55,227 nt of DNA from positions 1 to 55,227 of the IMG/VR virus record IMGVR_UViG_3300034073_001024; one strand, 5' to 3'. Below, one piece after another: positions 9,182-19,216 of this stretch. Under the pieces are notes generated by a model that saw only the letters and a list, made by a program, of their open reading frames with translations, had not been told where the DNA came from and searched no databases. Each line of letters opens with the position of its first letter. Within the stretch, counting starts at the first letter, position 1. The stretch comes from a virus (taxonomy: Duplodnaviria > Caudoviricetes). Position numbers and translations under genes: made by a program.

Positions 9182-10398
9182 GCAGCGAGCTTCTGCGAGG
9201 CGAATCACTTGCATCGCCCGGCACGTTGTTAGCGCCGAGCGGGCACTATCGCCTGCAGATGCAAAACGATGGCAACCTTGTCATCTATGATCGCTTTGGT
9301 GTTGCAAGATGGGCAACAAATACAGACGGCAATGGGCCGAGCACGCTAACACACCAACTTGATTCAAACATTGTCGTTAGGCGCAATAGCGATAACTTAA
9401 TTACCTATGCGTCAAATACATATCTAGGAGGCGCCGGCAATCTTGGCAGCCTTGTTTCCAGCAGCCTAAAGCTACAGGATGACGGCAACCTTGTCCTGCG
9501 CACTGAAGATGGCGAAGCGATATGGGCGAGCAATACAGCATCGCCGTCGTTTATACCACCAATTGCGATCACATCAGAACTGCAAGAAGTTGCACCAAGT
9601 GCAATTATTGAGCTGTTTGAGATTGAGCTAAATGCTGCGCAGCATGGCGTTAATGACACCTACCGTTTCCATGCTGGCAGCAACCTTGAGCTGAATGGTG
9701 ATGTGATCTGGAACGGCAATAGCTATTTGCGGTTTCCAGTTGAAGCGGATGGTTTTGAATACAGCGGCAATGGCCAGTTGCCACGGCCGACAATTCGGAT
9801 CAGTAATATCCTCAGCACCATCACAGCGCTACTGCTGACGCTACCGGATGGACTGGAGGGTGCTAAGGTAACGCGGATCCGCACGTTAGCGCGATACCTT
9901 GATGCCGTCAATTTTCCGCCAATTGTTGATGGGCTGCTGACGCAAAACGATGACCAGATCATCACGCAAGCAGGCGACTTACTGCTATCAACAAGCCCCG
10001 GCACGATTAACCCGCTGAATACACAGCAGTTTGATCCGATTACAACGCAACTCGGCCAGTTGATTTTGATCTCCGACCCACCGGATGGTATTGAGGCATC
10101 ACCCGATCCAACGGCTGAATTTCCGCGCGAGATCTATTTCGTTGATCGTAAGGTTGTCGAGAATCGCGACCTAGTGGAATTTGAGCTAGCGGCTGCATTT
10201 GACCTTGCAGGCATCCGCGCACCAAAGCGTCAGTGCATCGCTAACGTCTGCCAGTGGGTGTATAAGTCGGCAGAGTGTGGATACACTGGTGGATTGCCAA
10301 CATGCGATAAGACATTGGATGCGTGCAAAGCGCATTTTGGCGACAATGCAGAGCTGCCGTATGGCAGCTTCCCAGGTATCGGAGCATATACGACATGA
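9178..10398 (+). CDS. Minor tail protein gpL-like with N-terminal bulb-type (B) lectin domain
   Basis: QNDGNLVIY / QDDGNLVLR repeats in aa 1-120; IELFEI...[19 protein letters not shown]; C-terminal 4-Cys CQWVY...CGY...CDK...C. Confidence 0.85.
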   Translation: MSSELLRGESLASPGTLLAPSGHYRLQMQNDGNLVIYDRFGVARWATNTDGNGPSTLTHQLDSNIVVRRNSDNLITYASNTYLGGAGNLGSLVSSSLKLQDDGNLVLRTEDGEAIWASNTASPSFIPPIAITSELQEVAPSAIIELFEIELNAAQHGVNDTYRFHAGSNLELNGDVIWNGNSYLRFPVEADGFEYSGNGQLPRPTIRISNILSTITALLLTLPDGLEGAKVTRIRTLARYLDAVNFPPIVDGLLTQNDDQIITQAGDLLLSTSPGTINPLNTQQFDPITTQLGQLILISDPPDGIEASPDPTAEFPREIYFVDRKVVENRDLVEFELAAAFDLAGIRAPKRQCIANVCQWVYKSAECGYTGGLPTCDKTLDACKAHFGDNAELPYGSFPGIGAYTT

Positions 10399-11114
10399 CC
10401 TGGAAAGACGCTGCAATGGATCATGCTCGTGGTGATGTACCACGCGAGGCATGTGGCCTTGTGGTGGTGGTCAAAGGCCGCGAACGTTACTGGCCGTGTC
10501 GCAACCTATCGCGTGGCAATGATCAGTTCATCCTTGACCCTGCCGATTATGCAGCCGCCGAAGATGCCGGCGAGGTCATCGCAGTGTTCCATTCCCACCC
10601 AAGCACGCCACCAGCTCCAAGCCAACCAGATTTGATGGGCTGCGAAGCCAGTGGGCTGCCGTGGTTCATCTTCAATCCGAATACCGGCATCTGGGGCGAA
10701 TGCAAACCAAGCGGCTTCAGGGCGCCGTTGATCGGTCGGCAGTGGACATGGGGCATCAGCGACTGCTGGACCTTGGCGCGTGACTGGTACGCCGAGCATG
10801 GCCTGCAGTTGCGGGACTGGAAGCGACCGCTGACACCAGAGCAGTTTGAAGCGGCACCGATGTTTGATGGCTGCTGGGCTGCGGCTGGATTCCATGAACT
10901 GAAGGAAAATCAAGAATTGCAGAAAGGCGACTTTTTGCTGATGAACATTTCAGGTATTGGCTTGAATCATTGCGCCGTTTACATTGGAGACAACATGGCG
11001 CTGCATCACATCCGAGGGCGATTGAGCAGCCGTGATCTATATGGCGGGTGGCTGCAGAAATGCACGGGTAGGCGGCTGCGACATCCTGATTTTCCTACAA
11101 TGGGAGGACGGTGA
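10395..11114 (+). CDS. Tail assembly protein gpK-like (JAB/MPN + NlpC/P60)
   Basis: PREACG, HSHP...PS..D JAB motif; DCWTL and NHCAVY NlpC/P60 motifs. Confidence 0.9.
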   Translation: MTWKDAAMDHARGDVPREACGLVVVVKGRERYWPCRNLSRGNDQFILDPADYAAAEDAGEVIAVFHSHPSTPPAPSQPDLMGCEASGLPWFIFNPNTGIWGECKPSGFRAPLIGRQWTWGISDCWTLARDWYAEHGLQLRDWKRPLTPEQFEAAPMFDGCWAAAGFHELKENQELQKGDFLLMNISGIGLNHCAVYIGDNMALHHIRGRLSSRDLYGGWLQKCTGRRLRHPDFPTMGGR

Positions 11115-11119
11115 GGAAG

Positions 11120-11710
11120 ATGATGCTGCGCAAGATTCGCGTTTACGGTCAGCTCGCCAAGTTTCTCGGCCAGCGTGTGTTTGAGGCTGATGTGGCCAGC
11201 GCTGCTGAAGCTGTGCGGTTTCTTGTGGCGAATTTTCCGCAGCTTGAGAAGCACATGGCGAATCAGCATTATCGAGTCAGTGTTGGCAGCTATGACCTGA
11301 CGGTGGATGAGCTGCATGACCCTGCGGGGCGGCAAGAGATCAAGCTTGTGCCGGTGTTGACAGGTGCGGGCGCTGCTGGCCGGATTGTTGCGGGTGCGGC
11401 ATTGATTGCCCTTGCGTTCGCCAGTGGAGCAGGATTATTTGGCGCTGCTTTTGCCAAGAATATCGGCCTGTTTGCAGTTGTAAAAGGCGTTGGCGCCAGC
11501 CTTGTGCTCGGCGGCGTTGCCCAACTGCTGACCCCAGCACCACGAACACCAGACGGCCCTGATAGCGAGAAAGACCCACGCAAGAGCTATAGCTTCAGCG
11601 GCATCCAGCAAACCAGCCGGCAAGGCGTGCCAGTGCCTGTTGTTTATGGCGAGACCATTGTGGGCTCCGTTGTGATCAGCGCCGGTATTGACACCATGCA
11701 GGTGGCGTGA
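11120..11710 (+). CDS. Tail assembly protein gpI-like
   Basis: Ubiquitin-like N-terminus, Gly/Ala stretch, SYSFSG...QGVPVPVVYGE. Confidence 0.88.
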   Translation: MMLRKIRVYGQLAKFLGQRVFEADVASAAEAVRFLVANFPQLEKHMANQHYRVSVGSYDLTVDELHDPAGRQEIKLVPVLTGAGAAGRIVAGAALIALAFASGAGLFGAAFAKNIGLFAVVKGVGASLVLGGVAQLLTPAPRTPDGPDSEKDPRKSYSFSGIQQTSRQGVPVPVVYGETIVGSVVISAGIDTMQVA

Positions 11711-14700
11711 CGATGGCGGCGATCTACGGCTCTGGCGGTGGCGGTGGCAAAGCGGGTGGCGGCGGCCAGGCGCGGACACCGCGTGTTCGTGATGACAACC
11801 TTGACTCAAGGCAATACGCAAAAGTCCTTGACCTAATCTGTGAAGGTGAAATTCAAGGATTGAAAGATGGCCTGAAGTCAATCTTTCTTGACGACACACC
11901 GCTGCAAAATGCAGATGGATCGTTCAACTTTCAAGGCGTGTCAGTTGACACGAGGACCGGCACGCAAAATCAGTCGTACATTCCGGGGTTTGATAGCGTT
12001 GAAGACATCCGCCCTGTTGGTGTTACCGTCAACCGTGAAGCGCCGGTAACGCGCACGATCACAGATAGCAATGTGGATGCTGTTAGCGTCACCATCGGCG
12101 TGCCGCAACTACAGCAGCAAGAGGCAAAGACTGGTGACATCGGCGGCTTCAATTTTGAATTCAGGGTTGAGGTGCAATATAACGGTGGTGGCTTCAACAC
12201 CGTATTGCAGCAGACGATCAAGGGTCGCACGGCTGATTTATTTCAGCGGTCGTTTCTGATCAACCTTGACGGACCTGCGCCGTATGACATTCGCCTGGTG
12301 AGGCTATCACCGGATGATGATGAATACACCGGAAATAAGTACAGCAGTCGTGTTAGTACATTTAACTGGACAAGTTACACGGAGATCACATACGCAAAGC
12401 TGCGCTACCCAAATAGCGCACTGGTTGCGTTGCGTGTTGATGCAGAACAGTTCAATTCAATTCCATCACGCGCATATCACATCCGTGGCGCAAAAGTACG
12501 CATACCAAACAATGCAACCGTTGATCAAGCCAACGGCCGATTGATCTATAACGGCATTTGGAATGGTGGATTCACGGCTGCGCAATGGTGCAGTGATCCT
12601 GCATGGATCTTATGGGATCTACTGATCAGTGCACGCTATGGACTGGGCGATCACATCCAAGAATCGCAACTGGATAAGTGGGCATTCTTTTCTGCTAGTC
12701 GATACTGCTCTGAACTTGTACCGAATGGTTTTGGCGGATTAGAACCGCGCTTCTCTTGTAACGTCAACATTCAGACGGCAGAAGAAGCGTACAAGCTGAT
12801 CAATGATATGTGTTCAGTGTTCCGGGCGATGCCGTTTTGGAGCACTGGTGCATTAACGATCAGCCAAGATAAACCAGCGGATACAAGTTATCTGTTTACG
12901 CTGGCCAATGTCACAGAGGAAGGTTTCAGCTATCAAGGAGCTAGCCGCAAGACGCGCCCTACGGTTTGCGTTGTTAGTTACCTCGATCTCAATACGCGCG
13001 ACACCGCCTACGAGGTAGTTGAAGATCAAGAGGGTATTCAGAAATACGGCGTTATCAAGACCGAGATAGACGCCTTTGCCTGCACCAGCCAAGGCCAAGC
13101 GCATCGCATCGGCGAATGGCTGCTGTATTCAGAGCGGTACGAAAGTGAAGTAATCAGCTTCACTGCATCCATTGATGCTGGTGTAATCGTCAGGCCTGGG
13201 CAGATTATTGAAGTTGCTGATCCCGTAAAAGCTGGCGCACGCCGTGGTGGAAGAATCAGCGCTGCCACTGATACAACCATAACGGTAGATAATACTGATG
13301 GCCTTGTAGCAAGCAATGCACAGCTGTCGGTGATCATGCCGAACGGTAGCGTCGAGACACGTAATATCAGCGCCATCAGCGGCAATCAGATTACGGTAAG
13401 CGCTGCGTTTTCATTTGTTCCAAATGTTAATAGCGTTTGGGTTTACCAAACTAGCAATATCCAAACATCAACATGGCGTGTCCTTACGGTACAAGAGCAA
13501 GACGGGACCAACTATGCAATCAGCGCCATTGGCTACAATGCTAGCAAATACGACTACATCGAGCGCGGCGTAGCACTGCAGCAGCGTGATATTACTGACC
13601 TGAACATCTTGCCGCCGCCGCCGTCTAATTTAACGGCAGAGGAAGTTTTATATGACGCTGGCAATGTTGCACGCGCCAAGCTACTGACCAGCTGGCGGCA
13701 GGTGCCTAGTGTTACGTCGTATCGCATTGAATGGCGCAAGGATGACAACAACTGGACAACAGTAACGCAGTCTAGGCCGGACTTTGAGATTCTTGATACT
13801 ACGCCAGGCGTCTACGAAATTAGAGTGTTCAGCCTTAGCGCATTCTTAAGGTCATCAACGGATGCGGCAATCGTTACTGTTCAGACATTTGGCAAGACAG
13901 CGCCACCCGCTACGCCAACAGGCATCAGCATTATCCCCAATAGCGAAACAACTGCAATCCTGAGCTGGGATCGCAGCGAAGAACTTGATGTGATCATTGG
14001 CGGCAGGGTATTGATTCGCCATAGCGTGCAAACTGTTGGTGCGTTGTGGCATGAAAGCCAAGATATTGTTGCGGCCGCCGCTGGATCTCAAACGCAAAAG
14101 CAAGTGCCATTGCTTGAAGGCACGTATCTGATCAAGTTTGAAGATGACAGCGGCAACCGCTCTGCGGTGCCTGCAACAGCTGTTATTGACCTGCCAACAC
14201 CACAGCCGAGACTATTGGTGCGCAGCTACCGCGAAGATCAGGAATCGCCGCCATTTTCGGGCAATGTTACCAATATGGTCTATAGCCCAGTGCTAGATGG
14301 CTTGATCCTTGCGCTTGGCACTCCGGTTGATAGCTTGCCGGGGCTTTGGGATGACCTTGCTACAGACGGTGACTGGGATGGCCTAAGCAGTAGTCTCGGC
14401 AGTGGTGAATATGAATTCGGCAGCACCTATGACCTTGGCGGTGTCTTTGACCTAAACCTACGCCGCTACTTTGTGACGCGGCCGTACCTTGTCAGTGACT
14501 TGTGGGACGACAGGCAAGGTTTAATTGATGATTGGACAAGTGATATTGATGGCGACGCACCGGATCAAGTTAATGCAGTGCTGTATGTGCGTTCAACCAA
14601 TGATGACCCAGGTGTGTCGCCAACATGGAGCGAATGGCGCGAATTTGCAAATGCCATCACGCGCGGTCGTGCATTCCAGTTCAAAACCATCGCCACTAGC

Positions 14701-15003
14701 TATTCGGAATCGCAAAACATCATCATCGACGAACTTGGCGCTGAACTAGAGCTGCAGCAGCGCACTGAATCAGCTGGTGGCATCACAAGTGGCGCGGCAC
14801 CGTATGCGGTGACGTTTGATAACCCATTCTTTGCGGCACCTGCTGTAGGCGTCGGCGCTTACAATATGGAGGCAGGGGATTACTATGTGGTGACAGCGTT
14901 GGGCCGGACTGGCTTTACGGTCACCTTCTACGACAGCAGCAACACCGTGATCAGTCGAGACTTCACTTACTTCGCGACAGGCTACGGCCGGGAGATCGTC
15001 TGA
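11707..15003 (+). CDS. Tail tip / host specificity protein gpJ-like
   Basis: DLICEGEIQGL, YPNSALV, WCSDPAWILWDLL, EPRFSCN; FN3-like repeats. Confidence 0.92.
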   Translation: MTMAAIYGSGGGGGKAGGGGQARTPRVRDDNLDSRQYAKVLDLICEGEIQGLKDGLKSIFLDDTPLQNADGSFNFQGVSVDTRTGTQNQSYIPGFDSVEDIRPVGVTVNREAPVTRTITDSNVDAVSVTIGVPQLQQQEAKTGDIGGFNFEFRVEVQYNGGGFNTVLQQTIKGRTADLFQRSFLINLDGPAPYDIRLVRLSPDDDEYTGNKYSSRVSTFNWTSYTEITYAKLRYPNSALVALRVDAEQFNSIPSRAYHIRGAKVRIPNNATVDQANGRLIYNGIWNGGFTAAQWCSDPAWILWDLLISARYGLGDHIQESQLDKWAFFSASRYCSELVPNGFGGLEPRFSCNVNIQTAEEAYKLINDMCSVFRAMPFWSTGALTISQDKPADTSYLFTLANVTEEGFSYQGASRKTRPTVCVVSYLDLNTRDTAYEVVEDQEGIQKYGVIKTEIDAFACTSQGQAHRIGEWLLYSERYESEVISFTASIDAGVIVRPGQIIEVADPVKAGARRGGRISAATDTTITVDNTDGLVASNAQLSVIMPNGSVETRNISAISGNQITVSAAFSFVPNVNSVWVYQTSNIQTSTWRVLTVQEQDGTNYAISAIGYNASKYDYIERGVALQQRDITDLNILPPPPSNLTAEEVLYDAGNVARAKLLTSWRQVPSVTSYRIEWRKDDNNWTTVTQSRPDFEILDTTPGVYEIRVFSLSAFLRSSTDAAIVTVQTFGKTAPPATPTGISIIPNSETTAILSWDRSEELDVIIGGRVLIRHSVQTVGALWHESQDIVAAAAGSQTQKQVPLLEGTYLIKFEDDSGNRSAVPATAVIDLPTPQPRLLVRSYREDQESPPFSGNVTNMVYSPVLDGLILALGTPVDSLPGLWDDLATDGDWDGLSSSLGSGEYEFGSTYDLGGVFDLNLRRYFVTRPYLVSDLWDDRQGLIDDWTSDIDGDAPDQVNAVLYVRSTNDDPGVSPTWSEWREFANAITRGRAFQFKTIATSYSESQNIIIDELGAELELQQRTESAGGITSGAAPYAVTFDNPFFAAPAVGVGAYNMEAGDYYVVTALGRTGFTVTFYDSSNTVISRDFTYFATGYGREIV

Positions 15004-15941
15004 TGGCTCAACATGATTACGTTATTGCGAATCAGTCTGCGGCTGCATTTCGCGCTGATCTCAATAATGCGCTAGCTGCTGTTGTCACCCAAAACAGCGG
15101 GCCAGTTGAGCCCAGTGTCACCTACGCCTACATGCCGTGGGCGGATACGGCGACAGGGCTATACAAGATTCGCAATGCTGCAAATACCAGCTGGATCACG
15201 CTGTACCAGTTGAACGGCGAATTGATCTCAATTGCCGGGATGCGCAATCTGCTGATCAATGGCAACCCAACCATCAATCAACGCGGATATGTTTCCGGCA
15301 CTGCTACCAGCAGCGCTAATCAGTACACGCTAGACCGCTGGCGTGTTGTTGTATCCGGCCAAGCGCTTACATGGACCGATAGCAGCAACGTGCGCACTGT
15401 CACCGCACCGGCTGGAGGTGTTGAGCAGGTAATAGAAGGTGTAAGCATTCAAAATGGCACCTATACGCTGAGTTGGACTGGCACTGCGACAGCAACAGTG
15501 AACGGCAATTCTGTCGCCAATCGCGGCCAAGTGATCTTGACGGGCGGGGTCAATGCGATCGTGCGATTCAGTGGTGGCACTTTTTCGCTGCCGCAGCTGG
15601 AGGTTGGCGATTTTGCAACACCGTTTGAGCGCAGGAGCATTGGGCAAGAGCTGATGCTATGTCGCCGTTATTATCAGCAAGTTGACGCTGAATATAGATT
15701 TGATGGCATCTTGACCACTGGCGGCGGCAATATCAGCTACGGACAGACGTGGTTCTTTAACCCTGAAATGCGAGCAACGCCGACCCTGACAACAGTTGCT
15801 GAATCCGGGCAGAATTCCGGTTCGATCTCGTGGACGCCTAAAAGCAGCACCGGAGCGCTTGGCACTTGGGAATGGCAAGACACAAGCAGCACTCTTACTA
15901 GAACCAAGGCTGCAATTGTTGCAGCATCTGCGGAGCTTTGA
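15003..15941 (+). CDS. Tail fibre protein
   Basis: MAQHDYVIAN...RADLNNAL; RNLLING...INQRG...DRW; QLEVGD.ATPFERR...ELMLCRRYYQ. Confidence 0.75.
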   Translation: MAQHDYVIANQSAAAFRADLNNALAAVVTQNSGPVEPSVTYAYMPWADTATGLYKIRNAANTSWITLYQLNGELISIAGMRNLLINGNPTINQRGYVSGTATSSANQYTLDRWRVVVSGQALTWTDSSNVRTVTAPAGGVEQVIEGVSIQNGTYTLSWTGTATATVNGNSVANRGQVILTGGVNAIVRFSGGTFSLPQLEVGDFATPFERRSIGQELMLCRRYYQQVDAEYRFDGILTTGGGNISYGQTWFFNPEMRATPTLTTVAESGQNSGSISWTPKSSTGALGTWEWQDTSSTLTRTKAAIVAASAEL

Positions 15942-16189
15942 CCATGACGTATCAGCTGACTGATTCCGGCTGCATTCTGCGCATTGCGGATAATGCCTTC
16001 ATTCCGACTGACCCCGAAAACATTGATTACGCCGCATACCTTAAATGGGTTGATGCAGGCAACACACCGCTGCCTGCCCCTGAGCCGCCGCCGCCGCCTG
16101 CACCGCTCACCACTGAGCAGAAGCTGGAAGCCGCAGGACTGACCGTAGCGGAGCTGCGTGAGCTGTTCGGTCTGCCGGAGGTGGACTGA
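15938..16189 (+). CDS. Small tail-fibre-associated protein
   Basis: IPTDPENIDYAAYLKWVDAGNTP motif, typical of genes following tail fibres. Confidence 0.65.
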   Translation: MTMTYQLTDSGCILRIADNAFIPTDPENIDYAAYLKWVDAGNTPLPAPEPPPPPAPLTTEQKLEAAGLTVAELRELFGLPEVD

Positions 16190-16323
16190 TGGCCGTCAAA
16201 GCAAAGACCGGCACCGGTCGCATTGAACATCAGCCCGGTAAGCCGAAGCTCACTAGGCAAGGCAACAGTAAACGCAGCAAGCCACGTGGCTCGCGCAAAT
16301 TGCGTCACGGTCAAGGCCGTTAG
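16189..16323 (+). CDS. Small highly basic protein (44 aa); not in track
   Basis: TGATG-coupled ORF MAVKAKTGTGRIEHQPGKPKLTRQGNSKRSKPRGSRKLRHGQGR*. Confidence 0.6.
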   Translation: MAVKAKTGTGRIEHQPGKPKLTRQGNSKRSKPRGSRKLRHGQGR

Positions 16324-16346
16324 ACTCACCCTATAGGAGTGCAATC

Positions 16347-19214
16347 ATGGCAAACGTAAGGATCACCGATCTGCCGCCGTATTCGGATCCAGATCCCGGC
16401 GATGTTTTGCCGATCGTTGATCTTGCCAATAATGTAACCAAGAAGGTGCCTGTATCGGCACTTACTGGCAATGTGGATACGTCTGGCATTGCTGTCAATG
16501 CTGCTGCAATTGCCGTCAATACTGCCAACATTGCAACCAATACTGCCAACATTGCAACCAATACTGGCAGCATTGCTGGGTTGCTGTCTCGGCTGAACAA
16601 GCTGCAGTACGAGAACTGCATCTATGTTGCGCTGAACGGCAGCGACCTAACTGGCACTGGTACGGTTGATTCACCGCTGCGCACCATTCGCGCTGCTGCT
16701 GCTGCTGCGCAGCCGGGTGACGTGGTATTTATCGCGCCCGGTACATACGTTGAGCCGATCCTGCCAATCCGCTGGAGGTACGACGTAACCGTATTTGGCG
16801 CAGGCCTGCGTTCGACGATCGTGCAGCCTGCCGCAGGGCAAGAATTCAATGACGTCTTCAAGGTTGACTCCGGCTTCTGGTGTTGGGGCATCAGCTTTGC
16901 GGGGCATCAGGCTGATGAAACACGCCAAGCATGGGCGATCTCGTTTGATGAGCTAGCTGATAACACCGCACGCGGCGCAAGCAGCATTGGTGCTTATATC
17001 CTGAAGTCGCCTTATATCCAGAACTGCACCAGTATCACCGCTGAAGATGATGCTGGCACAGCTGGTTCAGTATCCACCGGCAACACAGGCGGCGGCATCT
17101 TGGTTGATGGCACTAAGTGTGCGCTCAATACACCGATCCGCTCGATGGTGGTTGATAGCTACACGCAAGTCAACCTTGGCGGCCCTGGTTGTCTTGTCAT
17201 CAATGATGGCTATGCGCAGTTGGTGTCGTTCTTTGGTACGTTCTGCACGTATCACGTCCGCACTGAATCTGGCGGCCAGGTCAACCTAAGCGGTGGCGGA
17301 ACCACTGACTTCGGCATCTATGGCTTGATGGCTGATGGCTATAGCCCGTCGCCGCTTTATACAGGCGATGCCCGCGTAGCAGCCTATGGTGCACCGCGGC
17401 TTGAGAAGGTCGTAACCATTGACGTAAGTGCTGATGTCTTTACGTCTGTAGCGCATGGATTGGCTGCAAATGATCGCCTGCAGTTCAGTGCCACGCAGGG
17501 TGACCTGCCAACCGGCCTTGAACCTAATACCAATTACTACGTGATCGCCAGTGGGTTGACTGCTGATGCGTTTAAGGTGTCAGCAACGCTAGGCGGCGCT
17601 GCGCTTGATATGAGCGGCACCGCTACTGGCACATATCAATTCCTGCGGCAAGGTGACACTGAACTTGATGTGATCAGCTTCACGTCAAACCGCCTCGGTA
17701 CTGCATCACGTCCTAATGCGGGACAGCTGATGTTCCCGCAGCTTGTATTCCCGCGTAATGCAACAACTGAGCTGCCGGAAGCTAAGACCTTTGCCTACAC
17801 GCGCATCTCGGACTATGTGCTGACTTACACCGAAGCCGCAGCGCCGAATGGCCCTGAGCATGAATACGTCAGCGGCGGTACTGCTGTCATCGGTGGCACC
17901 AACTATGGCGTTGCTGATGCGGTGTATGACAAGGATACGGGTGTCGTCACGCTGACCACGACCACGGTGCTGCCCGCGGGTAACGGTAATGTCACCGTCA
18001 GCGGGCTGGTATTCATCTGCCCCACTAGTGCGTATGTGGTCACTAGCAGCATCCCAATTGATGCAAGCGGTAACCCAGTCGCCAATGATTCGCCAAGCCG
18101 CGCTGGTTATCGCGTGGTGTTCTACTCGGGCGTCAACGGTGGATTGAAGGATGCGATCACTGCTGGCCAGAAACTTGACTTCAGGAATCGCTCGCAGATC
18201 AGCGCACCATCTCATACGTTTGAGTTCGTCGGCAGCGGCACCAACTATTCCGCATTGCCGTGGAATGGTGGCGTCCCGGTCCCGGCTAATGCGATCGTTG
18301 AAACCAACAACGGCCGCGTTTATAGCAGTAACACCAATGAAAAAGGTGATTTCGCTGTTGGCTCGCAATTCACAGTTGATGGCACCACTGGCAGCGTCAC
18401 GATCAACACCGATGAATTCAACCTCAGCGGCCTGAACTTCATCGGTCCCTTCAGCCGCAATGGTGGCATCAGCAGCGTTGGTGTGCAGCTGCGTGAGGTA
18501 AGCAACAATACATCACTGATTGCATCAACTGGCGCACCGGATGGCAATACTGTCCCAACGCAATTTGCGGTCAAGGCATACGCGGATGATGCGTTCCTGC
18601 AGGATGTAACCGTCACTGCTGGCCCGCTGTCTGTTACGGACACCAGCACGCAGGATGGCCAGGGTTATTGGACACGCACGCGCAATATAACGCTGGCGGT
18701 TGGCACCACAGCCGGCACCGTAGCTGCTGGTGATGACCCGCGATTTGACGCGATCACACCAGGAGACATTGGCCTCGGCACCACCGATACACCCCAGTTC
18801 GCTGGCCTTGGCCTTGGCACTGCTGCTGTCGCCGGGTGGGAGCTGACGGTCAACGGCGGCACCTGCCAACTGCGCAGCAGCGTCTCTGCAGTGAGCGGTG
18901 TCTACACGCTTGACGTGCAGGCGGCAAATGAATTTGTCACTGCTGCGACGATCAACGCAGCGACAACAATCAACCTGTCAAACCTAAACACCATCCCGAC
19001 GGGTTATGTATGGCGTGGTGTTTTGAGCTTTGCTTACACAAGCGGTATTATTGAATGGTTCCTTGCGAATCGCAACGCAACCCCTTCGTATGAGGTCAAA
19101 TGGGATGGCGGCACAGCGCCAACGCCGACTGCAAACGAAACAGAAAGCGTTGTGATCACTGTTGTCGGCGGCGGCAACACGATTGAAGTTGCTGCACTGC
19201 AAGGGAGGGCTTGA
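16347..19214 (+). CDS. Large tail fibre/spike protein with beta-helix-like region
   Basis: ITDLP N-terminus, NTANIAT heptads, IYVALNGSD...PLRTI (DUF1565-like), SPYIQNCTSI...SMVVDSYTQ...GYAQLVSFF. Confidence 0.75.
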   Translation: MANVRITDLPPYSDPDPGDVLPIVDLANNVTKKVPVSALTGNVDTSGIAVNAAAIAVNTANIATNTANIATNTGSIAGLLSRLNKLQYENCIYVALNGSDLTGTGTVDSPLRTIRAAAAAAQPGDVVFIAPGTYVEPILPIRWRYDVTVFGAGLRSTIVQPAAGQEFNDVFKVDSGFWCWGISFAGHQADETRQAWAISFDELADNTARGASSIGAYILKSPYIQNCTSITAEDDAGTAGSVSTGNTGGGILVDGTKCALNTPIRSMVVDSYTQVNLGGPGCLVINDGYAQLVSFFGTFCTYHVRTESGGQVNLSGGGTTDFGIYGLMADGYSPSPLYTGDARVAAYGAPRLEKVVTIDVSADVFTSVAHGLAANDRLQFSATQGDLPTGLEPNTNYYVIASGLTADAFKVSATLGGAALDMSGTATGTYQFLRQGDTELDVISFTSNRLGTASRPNAGQLMFPQLVFPRNATTELPEAKTFAYTRISDYVLTYTEAAAPNGPEHEYVSGGTAVIGGTNYGVADAVYDKDTGVVTLTTTTVLPAGNGNVTVSGLVFICPTSAYVVTSSIPIDASGNPVANDSPSRAGYRVVFYSGVNGGLKDAITAGQKLDFRNRSQISAPSHTFEFVGSGTNYSALPWNGGVPVPANAIVETNNGRVYSSNTNEKGDFAVGSQFTVDGTTGSVTINTDEFNLSGLNFIGPFSRNGGISSVGVQLREVSNNTSLIASTGAPDGNTVPTQFAVKAYADDAFLQDVTVTAGPLSVTDTSTQDGQGYWTRTRNITLAVGTTAGTVAAGDDPRFDAITPGDIGLGTTDTPQFAGLGLGTAAVAGWELTVNGGTCQLRSSVSAVSGVYTLDVQAANEFVTAATINAATTINLSNLNTIPTGYVWRGVLSFAYTSGIIEWFLANRNATPSYEVKWDGGTAPTPTANETESVVITVVGGGNTIEVAALQGRA
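16518..16566 (+). repeat. 21-bp tandem repeat (2.3 copies) encoding an NTANIAT coiled coil
   Basis: AATACTGCCAACATTGCAACC x2 plus a partial copy. Confidence 0.85.
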
Positions 19215-19216
19215 TC

